Assembly: GCA_016198185.1 (NCBI GenBank)
Contig: JACQJD010000080.1
Location: forward strand, 1-56,183
Origin: Deltaproteobacteria bacterium
GTDB taxonomy: Bacteria; Bdellovibrionota; JACOXK01; 2-02-FULL-40-11
Reading direction: 5' to 3'
Length of the DNA stretch: 56,183 nucleotides
A model generated the notes under the pieces. That model was not told where the DNA came from. It saw nothing but the letters and a program-made list of their open reading frames with translations, and searched no databases. Positions 21,691-31,414 of this stretch are shown piece after piece. Made by a program: the position numbers and the translations under genes. The stretch's first letter is position 1. Each line of letters starts with the position of its first letter.

Positions 21691-23012
21691 CTTTTGATCT
21701 CCTTTACTTCGCAAATAACCTCACCTTTAAAAAATTGGACGGAAACCAATTCCTGAGGCCTTAAGCTGGAAGCATCACGAACGATGTTCATTTCTTTCAA
21801 ACGATGGGTAATGCTATAGCCTCGTTCTAAGATTTTAAAAGGACTGAGGGTGGTTAATAAATCGGTTAACCGCTGTAGTTTTTGTTTCCGTCGTTCGAAA
21901 TAAAGTTTAAGACCCGTGCCAAAATGGACTTTGAGTTGAAGAAGTCGCGTATTCCCCTGTTTCAGATTTTGTTGAAAGGTATAAACCAAGCGCTCTTGTA
22001 AATCAGAGAGGCGAAGCTGCCAATCTTGTAATTTTTTTCGGGGGTCCACGATTCGACCTTGAAATTCTGTGAGTTTATTTTTCAATGACTTTAACCGTCC
22101 TAAATAAGCTTGACGTAATTGAGAAAGACTTGAAAGCACTTGTTTTTGAAGATCCACTTTGTTTTTAACCACCAGTTCAGCCGCCGCAGAAGGGGTCGGC
22201 GCCCGTAAATCTGCTACAAAATCGGCAATCGTAAAATCCACCTCATGCCCCACGCATGAAATAATGGGAATCTTCGAGTTAAAAATGGCTCTCGCCACAC
22301 TTTCTTCATTAAAAGCCCACAGATCTTCCAAAGAGCCTCCGCCCCTTCCCACCAAAATCACTTCGTGTTCACCCAGTTGATTGACCACTTCAATGGCCCG
22401 TACAATCTCTGGAGCAGCTTTCTCTCCCTGAACCGCAGCGGGGATAATAAGAACTTCCACATTGGCATATCGACGATTGAGCACAGTCAGAATATCGCGA
22501 ATGGCAGCCCCTGTCGGTGATGTAATAATGGCTATTTTTTGGGGGAGAAAGGGTATTGGCTTTTTATGATGCTCATCAAACAAACCTTCTTTCAGTAATT
22601 TTTCTTTCAACTTTTCAAACTGAAGCTGAAGCGCCCCCACACCCACAGGCTCAATAACATCCAATATAATTTGATAACTACCACGGGGTTCATAAACAGA
22701 AATGCGTCCGCCACACATCACTTCTAAACCATCTTCCAGCGTAAATTTTAAGGATTGGTTTTTAAATCGAAACATGACACAAGCAATCATCGCCGTTTCA
22801 TCTTTTAAATTAAAATAAAAGTGGCCTGAGCTTGGGCATTTAAAAGAGGACACTTCTCCCTTGACCCACAGGGATTCAAATCCTGTCTCTAATAAAGACT
22901 TAATGTCACGCGTAAGTTGAGAAACCGTATAAACGGTTTTATCTACCTTCTGAACGAGAACCGGTTCCACGATCGAAGATTCTATGCCATCTTGCATGCT
23001 GTTATATTCCAT
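21687..23012 (-). CDS. xseA: exodeoxyribonuclease VII large subunit
   Basis: SGHFYFNLKD, RGGGSLEDLWAFN, GHEVD, RAPTPSAAAE; true start may be slightly downstream. Confidence 0.97.
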   Translation of the reverse strand: MEYNSMQDGIESSIVEPVLVQKVDKTVYTVSQLTRDIKSLLETGFESLWVKGEVSSFKCPSSGHFYFNLKDETAMIACVMFRFKNQSLKFTLEDGLEVMCGGRISVYEPRGSYQIILDVIEPVGVGALQLQFEKLKEKLLKEGLFDEHHKKPIPFLPQKIAIITSPTGAAIRDILTVLNRRYANVEVLIIPAAVQGEKAAPEIVRAIEVVNQLGEHEVILVGRGGGSLEDLWAFNEESVARAIFNSKIPIISCVGHEVDFTIADFVADLRAPTPSAAAELVVKNKVDLQKQVLSSLSQLRQAYLGRLKSLKNKLTEFQGRIVDPRKKLQDWQLRLSDLQERLVYTFQQNLKQGNTRLLQLKVHFGTGLKLYFERRKQKLQRLTDLLTTLSPFKILERGYSITHRLKEMNIVRDASSLRPQELVSVQFFKGEVICEVKEIKS

Positions 23013-23067
23013 GGATTAAAAAAAAATGTCAAACTGAGATCGATCCTGTGTTAAGCATGGAAATAGG

Positions 23068-23262
23068 ATGGAAAAAATTAAAAAATGTTTTCGAGTTTTG
23101 GTTTATGTGGCCGCAATTTATGGAATTTTGCAAATCCCCTACCACCAGAAACCCTTGTGGCATACGGTTAAAGCTTATGGCGTTGGGGCGGGCTTAAAAC
23201 TCCAAAAAAAAGCAACTGCTATCTTGGACAGTGCAAAGCAGAAACTAAAAGAAAAGTTTTAA
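23068..23262 (+). CDS. small hypothetical membrane protein
   Basis: 64 aa with one hydrophobic helix and a basic tail; fills the gap divergent from xseA. Confidence 0.55.
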   Translation: MEKIKKCFRVLVYVAAIYGILQIPYHQKPLWHTVKAYGVGAGLKLQKKATAILDSAKQKLKEKF

Positions 23263-23280
23263 AAGCTAACAAAATCCGGC

Positions 23281-23395
23281 TTTTAAATGATTTACAAAGC
23301 TGAGTTTGGCAGCTTGTGATTTCTCTGTGGCTTGAAATGCAATGCCGCCACAGAGAAATCACAAGCTGCCCGACTGCGCTTTGTAAATATTAAAA
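23281..23395. repeat. long hairpin, family B (may also act as terminator between convergent genes)
   Basis: 24-bp perfect inverted repeat 23308-23331/23347-23370, loop TTGAAATGCAATGCC, outer arms ATTTACAAAGC/GCTTTGTAAAT. Confidence 0.9.
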
Positions 23396-23398
23396 CAG

Positions 23399-23653
23399 TT
23401 AGTGTTGATGTTCAGCTGGCGTTTCTGTTCCTTCAGCTTGACCTTTAGGCTCAGCAGCTAATTTTCCGCCTTCTTTAGATGCTGTTGCGGCACTTTTACT
23501 CTCATTAAAGCGAGTCTCACAGCCGCTTTTTACTTTGCCCTTTTGTTCTTCAACACTGACACTTCTTTTTTTGGTGCTTTTTTCAACTTTGGCATACGCT
23601 GTCGTAGCTCCCAAAAAAACAATCAGCATTAGAAACATTCCTAGTTTTTTCAT
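23399..23653 (-). CDS. small secreted disordered protein, positional equivalent of Bdellovibrio Hit (Bd0108)
   Basis: AGGAGG RBS; Sec signal ending AYA; mature part K/E/S/A/G-rich with one Cys; directly downstream of the RHS gene of the Tad operon. Confidence 0.8.
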   Translation of the reverse strand: MKKLGMFLMLIVFLGATTAYAKVEKSTKKRSVSVEEQKGKVKSGCETRFNESKSAATASKEGGKLAAEPKGQAEGTETPAEHQH

Positions 23654-23705
23654 ACCTTCCTCCTTATGAACTCACACCCATCGGCGTGGTGCTATTTAAT
23701 TATAC

Positions 23706-23722
23706 TGCAATGGCCATACCAA
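23706..23722 (-). promoter_or_regulatory. sigma54 promoter
   Basis: Minus strand TTGGTATG-GCCA-TTGCA with correct spacing, about 53 nt upstream of the ATG at 23653. Confidence 0.7.
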
Positions 23723-23848
23723 AAATAGCTCGCGCTTAAAAAAATTATGTTCATTTGTAATTTCAAGTAGATAGAACTCATTCTCATCTGTTTTTAATCT
23801 TGAAAATACCTTAAAATACAGACTAATTTTTGATCAACTGTTTAAGGT

Positions 23849-25516
23849 TTAGATATTTAAATCAATCCCTGCTGGTCTAATAATATCTATCACCGTTTCA
23901 AAGGCTTGGGCCACCGCAGCCGCAATGTTTCGGCCAGAAGGACTATCCATGCCAAGCATTTCGCCCTTAGCATTATAACTCACCACCAGGCTTCCCACCC
24001 CAACTTGGGTAATGCGTGTGGGCAATCCAAATTCATTGTATTCAAATAGAAACTTTCTGCCATCTTGATCCACAATGGAACGTGTTTGACCTCTTTTATA
24101 ATAATCTACTTGAAGCGAAATTTTCAGAGTCTTATTTCTCGCAAAAACCATATTTCCATTTTTATACTTGTATTCGGTCACATCCACTTTTTTGGTTTTT
24201 GCCTCCGTTTGGGTAACTTTAGACACTTTTTGACTGCTCTTGTCATACTCCACTTCTACTTTTTTACCATTGGGAGAGGCTTTACTCTTTAAACTGCCAT
24301 CTTCATAATATTCAAAGCGAGTGATCTGGCCTTGGCGTTCGATGGAAAGGGGTTTTCCACAGCACTCGGAATTCACCGTTTCTATCCGAATGCCATCGAC
24401 AACGGTTACTGTTTTTCTGGCAAATTTAAAGCCATCTTTTCGACGGGCATATTCAAATTCATATTTTTTAACATTGATTTGGGGATTGTGTTTAGACCCT
24501 CGCTCTGTTGTCAGAGTGACCTCTAAAAACTTGTCTTCATTTCCTTTGTGATCATACCGCACCTTACGTTTCTCCTCTTTATTAGGGCCTTCATGATAGA
24601 TGACCCGATCTTTATCATCGTATTTCATGATTTCCTTTTGACCACCCGCAACATACTGAACTTCTATTAAGTGATGCTTCTTATAGGCATATTTAAATTC
24701 GAATCCATTTGAGTTTTTCGCATAAATTAAATCTTTGTCCGCACTGTATCGATATTCACACGGAGAACCTGCCGGCGGAATAATTTTAGAAACCAACCCC
24801 ATCGTATTGTACTCAAATGTAACGCGACGGCCGACCGCATCGGTCACCGACATCAGTTGCCCTTGAGGATTATATTTATAGAGAAGAAAATTTTTATTGA
24901 GATCTTCGACTTTTGTTAATTTTCCCTGAACATCATAATATTCCTTACTTCCGTCAGCATAGCTTCGAATCCAGACGATTTTGCCTTCGGTGTCTTTTAT
25001 TTTTTTAAGCACTTCTGGACCACGGGCTGTAGATGAAAGTTCTATATCGAACGGAATGTCACGAAGCAGTTTGTGCTCCCCGGCTAATTTGTGACGTAAA
25101 CTTTCATCGGTCAAAAGAGATTTTTTAAGTTTCTCAGACCGAGAAGCGGCGGGAAGCCTGTTCCAAAGATCATCCACAAATTGATCGACCGTTTGGGGTG
25201 TGAAATTTTTTGCCGTAAATATCGTTTTAAACCCTCCCCCAAAAGATGTAATTTCCACCGTTCCTTCAGGGGTGACTTTAAAATGTTGATCAAAATTTGT
25301 TCCCCATTTGTGACCAAACTTTCCAAAATAACCAGACATGGAATTAAAAGACCGCTCTAAAAGAAGCGCATATCCTTGACCTGGTATTCCAAAATCTTGA
25401 AATGCAAAGGTGATATTGCCATTCTGCGGAGTAATCTCCCCTTGCGAATAAGCATAACCCCCTGAAAACATTAATAAAAACAACACTGCCATGGTCTTAA
25501 AGGTCTTCATATCCAT
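23849..25516 (-). CDS. secreted RHS/YD-repeat protein (Bd0109-like)
   Basis: Signal peptide; RSFNS...FGHKW (DUF6531-like); many YD-type repeats (YYDVQGKL, YNPQGQL, YNEFGL); no DPxG core end or toxin tail. Confidence 0.88.
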   Translation of the reverse strand: MDMKTFKTMAVLFLLMFSGGYAYSQGEITPQNGNITFAFQDFGIPGQGYALLLERSFNSMSGYFGKFGHKWGTNFDQHFKVTPEGTVEITSFGGGFKTIFTAKNFTPQTVDQFVDDLWNRLPAASRSEKLKKSLLTDESLRHKLAGEHKLLRDIPFDIELSSTARGPEVLKKIKDTEGKIVWIRSYADGSKEYYDVQGKLTKVEDLNKNFLLYKYNPQGQLMSVTDAVGRRVTFEYNTMGLVSKIIPPAGSPCEYRYSADKDLIYAKNSNGFEFKYAYKKHHLIEVQYVAGGQKEIMKYDDKDRVIYHEGPNKEEKRKVRYDHKGNEDKFLEVTLTTERGSKHNPQINVKKYEFEYARRKDGFKFARKTVTVVDGIRIETVNSECCGKPLSIERQGQITRFEYYEDGSLKSKASPNGKKVEVEYDKSSQKVSKVTQTEAKTKKVDVTEYKYKNGNMVFARNKTLKISLQVDYYKRGQTRSIVDQDGRKFLFEYNEFGLPTRITQVGVGSLVVSYNAKGEMLGMDSPSGRNIAAAVAQAFETVIDIIRPAGIDLNI

Positions 25517-25525
25517 TCCCCCTTT

Positions 25526-26383
25526 TCATATTCTTATCGTCACAATTTTTTTAATCATGAGTCCACCTACCGTTAGCAAAACCAATCCGATCAAAATTAA
25601 AATGAGCCCCGGAAATGTGGTAAACAAAGGTTTCATATGCTCCGGATCAATGAGATACATGAAAGCTCCTAATCCAAAAGGGGCAAATATTAAAATCGTT
25701 CCTTGAAAGACACCTTGCATCGTGAGAGCAGAGATTTTGTTCTCCAATTTTAAGCGCTCCCGAATGGTATAAACAATAATATCAAAGGTCTCTGCCAAAT
25801 TTCCACCCGTTTCTCTTAAAACAACAACAGCGGTCACAAACATTTCAATATCTTCTGACGCCATCCGCTTGGCGAAGTTCAGGAATGCTTTTTCAATCGC
25901 AACACCCAAGCGATGCTCCGATAAAATAAGATTCATTTCTTGAGATAAGGGATTGGGCATTTCTTCCACCACCAATTGAACGGCTTGAACCAAGCTGAGC
26001 CCCGATCTTAACGCACTGGACATGAGCGTCAGACCATCAATCAATTGCAGATTCACCTTCATCCGACGTTTTTTGAGCAAGATACCAATGAAAGGGCGTG
26101 GGGCCTTAAAGCTGATAATAATGATGAGCAATGCGAAACTTAATCCCATAAACACATTTGGCCACCATAAAACAATAAACAGAAGTCCCAAAATAAATGG
26201 CGTCAGCATTAGGATTTTAAATGTTGTTTTTTGAGAAAGCGGAATAAACATTTGGTCCAATTTTGTGGAAATCCATTCTGCATTGCCAACCGTGTAACGC
26301 TCGATGGAGCCATAAAACACCAACGACACGGTAAAGGATAAGATCCCAATCAAAAGATAAGCTGCGATTAATGAAAGAGGCAT
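25526..26383 (-). CDS. tadB: Tad pilus platform protein TadB
   Basis: T2SSF domain: SSALRSGLSL.QA, ETGGNLAE; follows tadA. Confidence 0.93.
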   Translation of the reverse strand: MPLSLIAAYLLIGILSFTVSLVFYGSIERYTVGNAEWISTKLDQMFIPLSQKTTFKILMLTPFILGLLFIVLWWPNVFMGLSFALLIIIISFKAPRPFIGILLKKRRMKVNLQLIDGLTLMSSALRSGLSLVQAVQLVVEEMPNPLSQEMNLILSEHRLGVAIEKAFLNFAKRMASEDIEMFVTAVVVLRETGGNLAETFDIIVYTIRERLKLENKISALTMQGVFQGTILIFAPFGLGAFMYLIDPEHMKPLFTTFPGLILILIGLVLLTVGGLMIKKIVTIRI

Positions 26384-26385
26384 CG

Positions 26386-28242
26386 TTATTCTTCCTCGCC
26401 AAAATCACTTTTTCGTCGTTTTACCGTCCACCCTTGGGGCAGACGCAATCCTTTTTGTTCAATTTCCATAACAAAATGCGGGAGATGCTCGGTCTTGATA
26501 AAATCGCCATAAACGCGACCTTGGGCATCAATCCCTTTTTGCTTAAACACAACAATATCTTTAATTTGAATATGATCTCCCTCAATGCCCATCACTTCAC
26601 TGATATGTGTAATTCTACGAGATCCATCTGAAAAGCGCGCAATTTGAACAATTAAATTCACAGCCGATGCAATCTGTTCACGAATGGCTCGAGAAGGAAG
26701 ATCCATCCCCGCCATCATGACCAACGTTTCCAATCGCGAGAGACAATCTCTGGGGTTATTGGCATGCACCGTCGTTAAAGATCCATCGTGGCCTGTGTTC
26801 ATGGCTTGCAACATGTCTAACGCTGCGCCATCTCGACACTCTCCCACCACAATACGATCGGGGCGCATCCGAAGGGTATTTCTCACCAAATCTCGAATCG
26901 TAATGGCCCCTTTGCCTTCGATATTGGGCGGCCGACTTTCCAATCGACACACATGCGGCTGCGTTAAACGCAATTCAGCAGAATCTTCGACGGTAATAAT
27001 GCGATCAGAAGCAGGAATAAAAGAAGAAAGCACATTGAGCAGGGTTGTTTTTCCGGTGCCCGTCCCCCCCGAAACCACAATATTTTGACGTGATTCAGTT
27101 GCCGCTCTTAAAAAATCTGCGATTTCATCTGTTAAAGATCCAAATCGAATGAGATCTTGAATCGAAAAGGGTGTCTTTGAAAATTTACGAATGGTTAACA
27201 CAGGTCCGGTCAAAGAAAGCGGTGGAATAATGGCGTGCACCCGAGAGCCATCCGGAAGCCTGGCATCACAATAAGGCGTCTTTTCATCAATCCGTCTTCC
27301 CAAAGGCGCAACAATTCTTTCGATAATTCCCAAGAGCTGTTCATCACTTGTAAAATTGAGGGGCACCAATTGAATCTTTCCATTTTTTTCAATGTAGATC
27401 TGGTCTTTGCGATTAACCATAATTTCTGTGACGGCAGGATCTGCAAGCAACTTTTCCAAAGCCCCCAAACCCAGCGCTTCATCTAAAATATCTTGCACAA
27501 ATAACCTGGCAGCCGTGCGATCTGCGATTGCAATATTTTCACGTTGCATAATGGCTAAGATCGCTTGTTTGGTGCGTTGTCTTAAAAGAGCTATTTTTTT
27601 TGGGTCATTCCCAGTTTCGGTATCAAGCTTTTTAAGGTTTAATTCTTCAACCAATTGATCTAAAATTTTTCTTTTTAATTTAACTTGGGGATCTTTCCCA
27701 ACCACCTCCGGCTTTACCACACGAGGTTGAATGGAACTGTAGGTTGGGCCTTCCGTTCCTGTTGCCTGAAGAATTTCATTTTGAGCAATCTCTACAATGT
27801 GTTTGGACAACAAAACGTCTTTTAACTTCATCACATATTTGGCCGGTAAGCTTTGGGGGTAGCTGGCAATCAAGGTCACGTGTTCTTGCTCAGCTTGAGC
27901 CACCAAGGCATGCTGCGGGATTGCCCCTAAAATATTACATGCCAGTTGTGCCTTTATCCGATGGGGGTCCATTTTTTGTGCCACATCGTATTCATTAAAC
28001 ACCACAAAAATTCGGTCTCTGCGAATTTTAGAAGAAAGCTCGTCAATGAGCGTTCTCGTTTGGACCAAACTTTTTTCATCGGTCGGGGTTGTCACCAACA
28101 GTGCCGAGGCCAGTGGTAATTTCTGAATCTCTTCGCTGACTTGAACTGGAACACGTTCCAAATCAAATGCCGCTTGTAAATTTTTAGCCAACATCGTTTT
28201 CCCACTTTTGGCAATCCCTGCAATGACTAAAAGAGATTTCAT
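26386..28242 (-). CDS. tadA: Tad ATPase TadA/CpaF with N-terminal CpaE/MinD-like remnant
   Basis: GGTGTGKTT, EDSAEL, LRMRPDRIVVGECR, MNTGHDG; extra N-terminal region with AGIAKSGKT. Confidence 0.96.
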   Translation of the reverse strand: MKSLLVIAGIAKSGKTMLAKNLQAAFDLERVPVQVSEEIQKLPLASALLVTTPTDEKSLVQTRTLIDELSSKIRRDRIFVVFNEYDVAQKMDPHRIKAQLACNILGAIPQHALVAQAEQEHVTLIASYPQSLPAKYVMKLKDVLLSKHIVEIAQNEILQATGTEGPTYSSIQPRVVKPEVVGKDPQVKLKRKILDQLVEELNLKKLDTETGNDPKKIALLRQRTKQAILAIMQRENIAIADRTAARLFVQDILDEALGLGALEKLLADPAVTEIMVNRKDQIYIEKNGKIQLVPLNFTSDEQLLGIIERIVAPLGRRIDEKTPYCDARLPDGSRVHAIIPPLSLTGPVLTIRKFSKTPFSIQDLIRFGSLTDEIADFLRAATESRQNIVVSGGTGTGKTTLLNVLSSFIPASDRIITVEDSAELRLTQPHVCRLESRPPNIEGKGAITIRDLVRNTLRMRPDRIVVGECRDGAALDMLQAMNTGHDGSLTTVHANNPRDCLSRLETLVMMAGMDLPSRAIREQIASAVNLIVQIARFSDGSRRITHISEVMGIEGDHIQIKDIVVFKQKGIDAQGRVYGDFIKTEHLPHFVMEIEQKGLRLPQGWTVKRRKSDFGEEE

Positions 28243-29753
28243 TATTTCACCCTAAATTTTCGTTTTAAGTCTTTGGCGCCCTCGGAAGCCGTTTGTAAAA
28301 TCTCCGGGGTCACAAAAATCACAAATTGACTTTTATTGTTTTGAAAAGATTTCGAACGATACAGATTAAATAACAGATTTTCATTATTCGCTAAGCTCGA
28401 AGGAATGCGATTGTAATTCGATGCTAAATTATTTGAAACAATTCCACCAATAGCGGCACTTTCTCCGGAATTCACAATAAGAACCGTATTAATGTTATTG
28501 AGCGAAATAGAGGGTTGCCCACGCTCATTAAAATCAATGACGGCTTTTAATTTAAATGCAATGTTGAGCCTCACTTGGGTGGAGTCTTCGAGTGTGGTGG
28601 GGAGAATTTCCATGGTAAGTCCTACATCTTGAAACTCGGTTCCTTGCTGAGTCGCGCCACCAGAGGTTGAAAAAACAGTAATGGGGATTTGTGTTGCATT
28701 CTCCAGTTTCCCCGTCGAATTGTTTTGAACGACGAGTGTGCTCGACTCTAACACACGTGCATGTCCATGGGTTTTGGCTTTGTTTAATTTTGGGATTAAA
28801 CTTGAAACCGTTGCCGTTACCGTCGTTGCTAAATTTCCCTTTTTAAGTTCAATGGTTGATTCATCTTGAATGCCGGGAGACCAATTAAAAGCAAAATTCT
28901 TAGCATAGTTTTTACTGAGCTCCACATAATGGGTGGTAATCCGAACCAATTTTTCCGGCTGAGCTGCAGGCTTTGCTTTGACCACCAACAAATTTACAAC
29001 GACTGGCGGACCCCCACTGGGTTTTTCAATGACACCTTCTTTTTCTGCTTGGGTCACAAAAATATCTGGCACATAGGTCTTAGCGGTTTCAATGGCAAGC
29101 ACGGCATTTCGATTTTCATCGCCATCCGGCCCTCGTTCCACGGTCCCTTCCACCAAAAACTTTTGGTTCACGGCTCTGACCCGAACTTCTTTATGGCCCA
29201 TTTTGTGAATGTCTTCTTGCATTTTGTCTGCAATGATTTTTTGGGCCACAGGACTGAGTGTTGCAATCACCCCCAGTTCTTCCTTCGAGTATTGATTGGC
29301 GACGGTAATGATTCGATTGAGATGCGCAGGAAGCAAAATTTCACCATCAATTAACACTTTTTTCCCAATGATTTTAATTTTGACCCCTTCAACGTCTTTT
29401 AATAAATCTCTCAATTCTGCTGCTACTTTGGCCCGATCACTGACAATGACCGTAATGGTAATGACCACCCGGTTTCGCTTTTCAAGATCTTGAATCGTCA
29501 CAGAGGTATTCCCATTTTTCTTTGGAACCAGCGTAATTTGTTTTTGTTCGCGCAAAGCAATAAAGTTACAAACGCTGGGATTGCCCACAATAATGTTGCC
29601 AGGGGTAAAATCCAAATCAATGGTCTTGGTAACCCCTGCCGTTAGTGTCTCGATCATAGCTTTTACAGGAAGTTTTTCTTGAGAAAAACTCTGATGTGAC
29701 CATCCCAAGATGATCATCAAAATGAAAAATGGAACTCTAGACGTTGGTTTCAT
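28242..29753 (-). CDS. cpaC: Tad secretin CpaC/RcpA with BON-like domains
   Basis: Signal peptide; pilus-formation N-domain (IVGNPSV...GNTSVTI); secretin tail (GESAAIGG...FVIFVTPEI). Confidence 0.9.
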   Translation of the reverse strand: MKPTSRVPFFILMIILGWSHQSFSQEKLPVKAMIETLTAGVTKTIDLDFTPGNIIVGNPSVCNFIALREQKQITLVPKKNGNTSVTIQDLEKRNRVVITITVIVSDRAKVAAELRDLLKDVEGVKIKIIGKKVLIDGEILLPAHLNRIITVANQYSKEELGVIATLSPVAQKIIADKMQEDIHKMGHKEVRVRAVNQKFLVEGTVERGPDGDENRNAVLAIETAKTYVPDIFVTQAEKEGVIEKPSGGPPVVVNLLVVKAKPAAQPEKLVRITTHYVELSKNYAKNFAFNWSPGIQDESTIELKKGNLATTVTATVSSLIPKLNKAKTHGHARVLESSTLVVQNNSTGKLENATQIPITVFSTSGGATQQGTEFQDVGLTMEILPTTLEDSTQVRLNIAFKLKAVIDFNERGQPSISLNNINTVLIVNSGESAAIGGIVSNNLASNYNRIPSSLANNENLLFNLYRSKSFQNNKSQFVIFVTPEILQTASEGAKDLKRKFRVK

Positions 29754-29754
29754 C

Positions 29755-30606
29755 TTAATACACCGGTGTTACTTCCGTCCCCCGAAATTCTAGCCAACGC
29801 GGCTGACGTTGAATTTTAACACCCTCTTGTCCTTGCGAACTTCTGGGCCCCAAAATCTTTTCGGCCGTGGTCGTAAAGAGTGTTTCAATCGACCGGTCGT
29901 CTGAATTTCGAAGCGATAGGAAAATGCTTCCTTCGCCACTGGTCAGTAAAAAAACAATCCCTTGGGCTTCATCGGGCGAAAGCTCGAGTGTCGCATTGGT
30001 AAACCGAGTATCGGTTCTCAGATCTCGCTTTACTTCTTTTCCCGTAATGGGATCTTGAAGTGTTTCGGTGGGAACAGAAGCCACCACATACCGTCCGGTT
30101 GCCAACACCAAAATATCTTGAAGCACGGTTTTGACTTCACGTTTTTCACGATCCCCCGCACCATAATCAATCGATGATAAAACATCCACACGATCGCCAG
30201 GGCGAATGAGTCTTGCCACACCATGAATATCGGTTACCGGTACCGTCATCGCTCGTTTTCCTTTGCTCACGCGCGTCGATAACTTTCCTTGAGTTTCTTC
30301 AAATAAAAGTTTGTTTTGGAGCAGTTGTTCCCCTTTTTTAATGGGCACGGTGGTAATCAGGCCCACCACATCTTTGATTTCTGAAAAGGTTCCTGGCTGA
30401 ACATAGTTTTGAGGAACCGAATCCACTCTAACCATGGTTTCATCCAAGGTCGTAAGCGCATTGATGTCTTGATTGGCCACCACAATTTTTTTGGGTGTTG
30501 CCAGCTGTAAGAGCGACGACTTCTGTTGATTGACAAATGACCAAATGAGCGCAATCGCCAAAATGGCCATTACAACTGAAATTAGAATCGCACGTGGATT
30601 ACTCAT
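29755..30606 (-). CDS. cpaB: Flp pilus assembly protein CpaB/RcpC
   Basis: N-terminal TM; SAF domain; GKRAMTVPV...IRPGDRVDV; LSLRN. Confidence 0.95.
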   Translation of the reverse strand: MSNPRAILISVVMAILAIALIWSFVNQQKSSLLQLATPKKIVVANQDINALTTLDETMVRVDSVPQNYVQPGTFSEIKDVVGLITTVPIKKGEQLLQNKLLFEETQGKLSTRVSKGKRAMTVPVTDIHGVARLIRPGDRVDVLSSIDYGAGDREKREVKTVLQDILVLATGRYVVASVPTETLQDPITGKEVKRDLRTDTRFTNATLELSPDEAQGIVFLLTSGEGSIFLSLRNSDDRSIETLFTTTAEKILGPRSSQGQEGVKIQRQPRWLEFRGTEVTPVY

Positions 30607-30618
30607 GATTTTCCCCCT

Positions 30619-30957
30619 TTAATTGCATGTGACCGTCCGACAAATGCCGATGATCGTCTCAATCGGCCTTTCATCTTCGGCATCCCCTGCATTGAGAAAT
30701 GGAATGCCCGATGTGCGAACCCGAGGTGATGTTCCCAAGGCTCGCTGTTTATTCCCCAAAGAAGGCATATTGACGTTGTGATCGAGTGTTTGTGTTAAAA
30801 ACCGATCCCGAACATTTTCTTGTGTGGTAATGGCGGCCTGAATACACTCAAAAACATATAAATTAAAAAGAATGAGAAAAATAAAAAAGGGCACCAAAAT
30901 AATAAATTCAATCATGGCCTGTCCTTTATTCGTCGGTATCACTTTTTTCTTATTCAT
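30619..30957 (-). CDS. TadE-like pseudopilin
   Basis: KG|QAMIEF prepilin site plus hydrophobic helix; start reassigned to the ATG at 30957. Confidence 0.8.
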   Translation of the reverse strand: MNKKKVIPTNKGQAMIEFIILVPFFIFLILFNLYVFECIQAAITTQENVRDRFLTQTLDHNVNMPSLGNKQRALGTSPRVRTSGIPFLNAGDAEDERPIETIIGICRTVTCN

Positions 30958-31408
30958 TGTCCAACACCCCTTCTGATTGACTTCGAACTTCCGCGGGTCC
31001 CGGCTCACGGGTGAATGGGGAGGCAACCGTCAATGTTTGTAAGGGATTTCCAAGCGTCCCCAATAAAGGAATGTAACTGAGCACCTGATACGTTAATTCA
31101 ATGCGTTCTCCCGCAGCATCTCGAATGACGTGTTGTCCTGGAATCGTCAGCGGCGATGCCAAAAATCCCAACCGATTGTTTTGGGGGGAACCCACAAGCT
31201 CTGACAAATATAGAGAACTATTTCCCGAAACAGACTCTGACCTTGCTGTCATAAAACCTGCATACCGCATGACATGAGAAGCAACGTACGTCAGGGACAA
31301 CTGAACATGAGCCAAAATCAAAAATAAAAGCAGGACAAAAATGAACAAGAACTCTGTTAAGGATTGTCCTTTTTTATTTTTAAGATATGGTTGACACAAC
31401 ACGTTCAT
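30950..31408 (-). CDS. TadE-like pseudopilin
   Basis: KG|QSLTEF prepilin site, TM helix, YAGFMTAR (AAR-like motif). Confidence 0.85.
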   Translation of the reverse strand: MNVLCQPYLKNKKGQSLTEFLFIFVLLLFLILAHVQLSLTYVASHVMRYAGFMTARSESVSGNSSLYLSELVGSPQNNRLGFLASPLTIPGQHVIRDAAGERIELTYQVLSYIPLLGTLGNPLQTLTVASPFTREPGPAEVRSQSEGVLDNE

Positions 31409-31414
31409 TTTTTG

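Noticed and set aside
23849-25516. RHS protein as a polymorphic toxin or T6SS effector
   Set aside because: It has a Sec signal and no PAAR/VgrG context, DPxG motif, toxin domain or cytoplasmic immunity gene.
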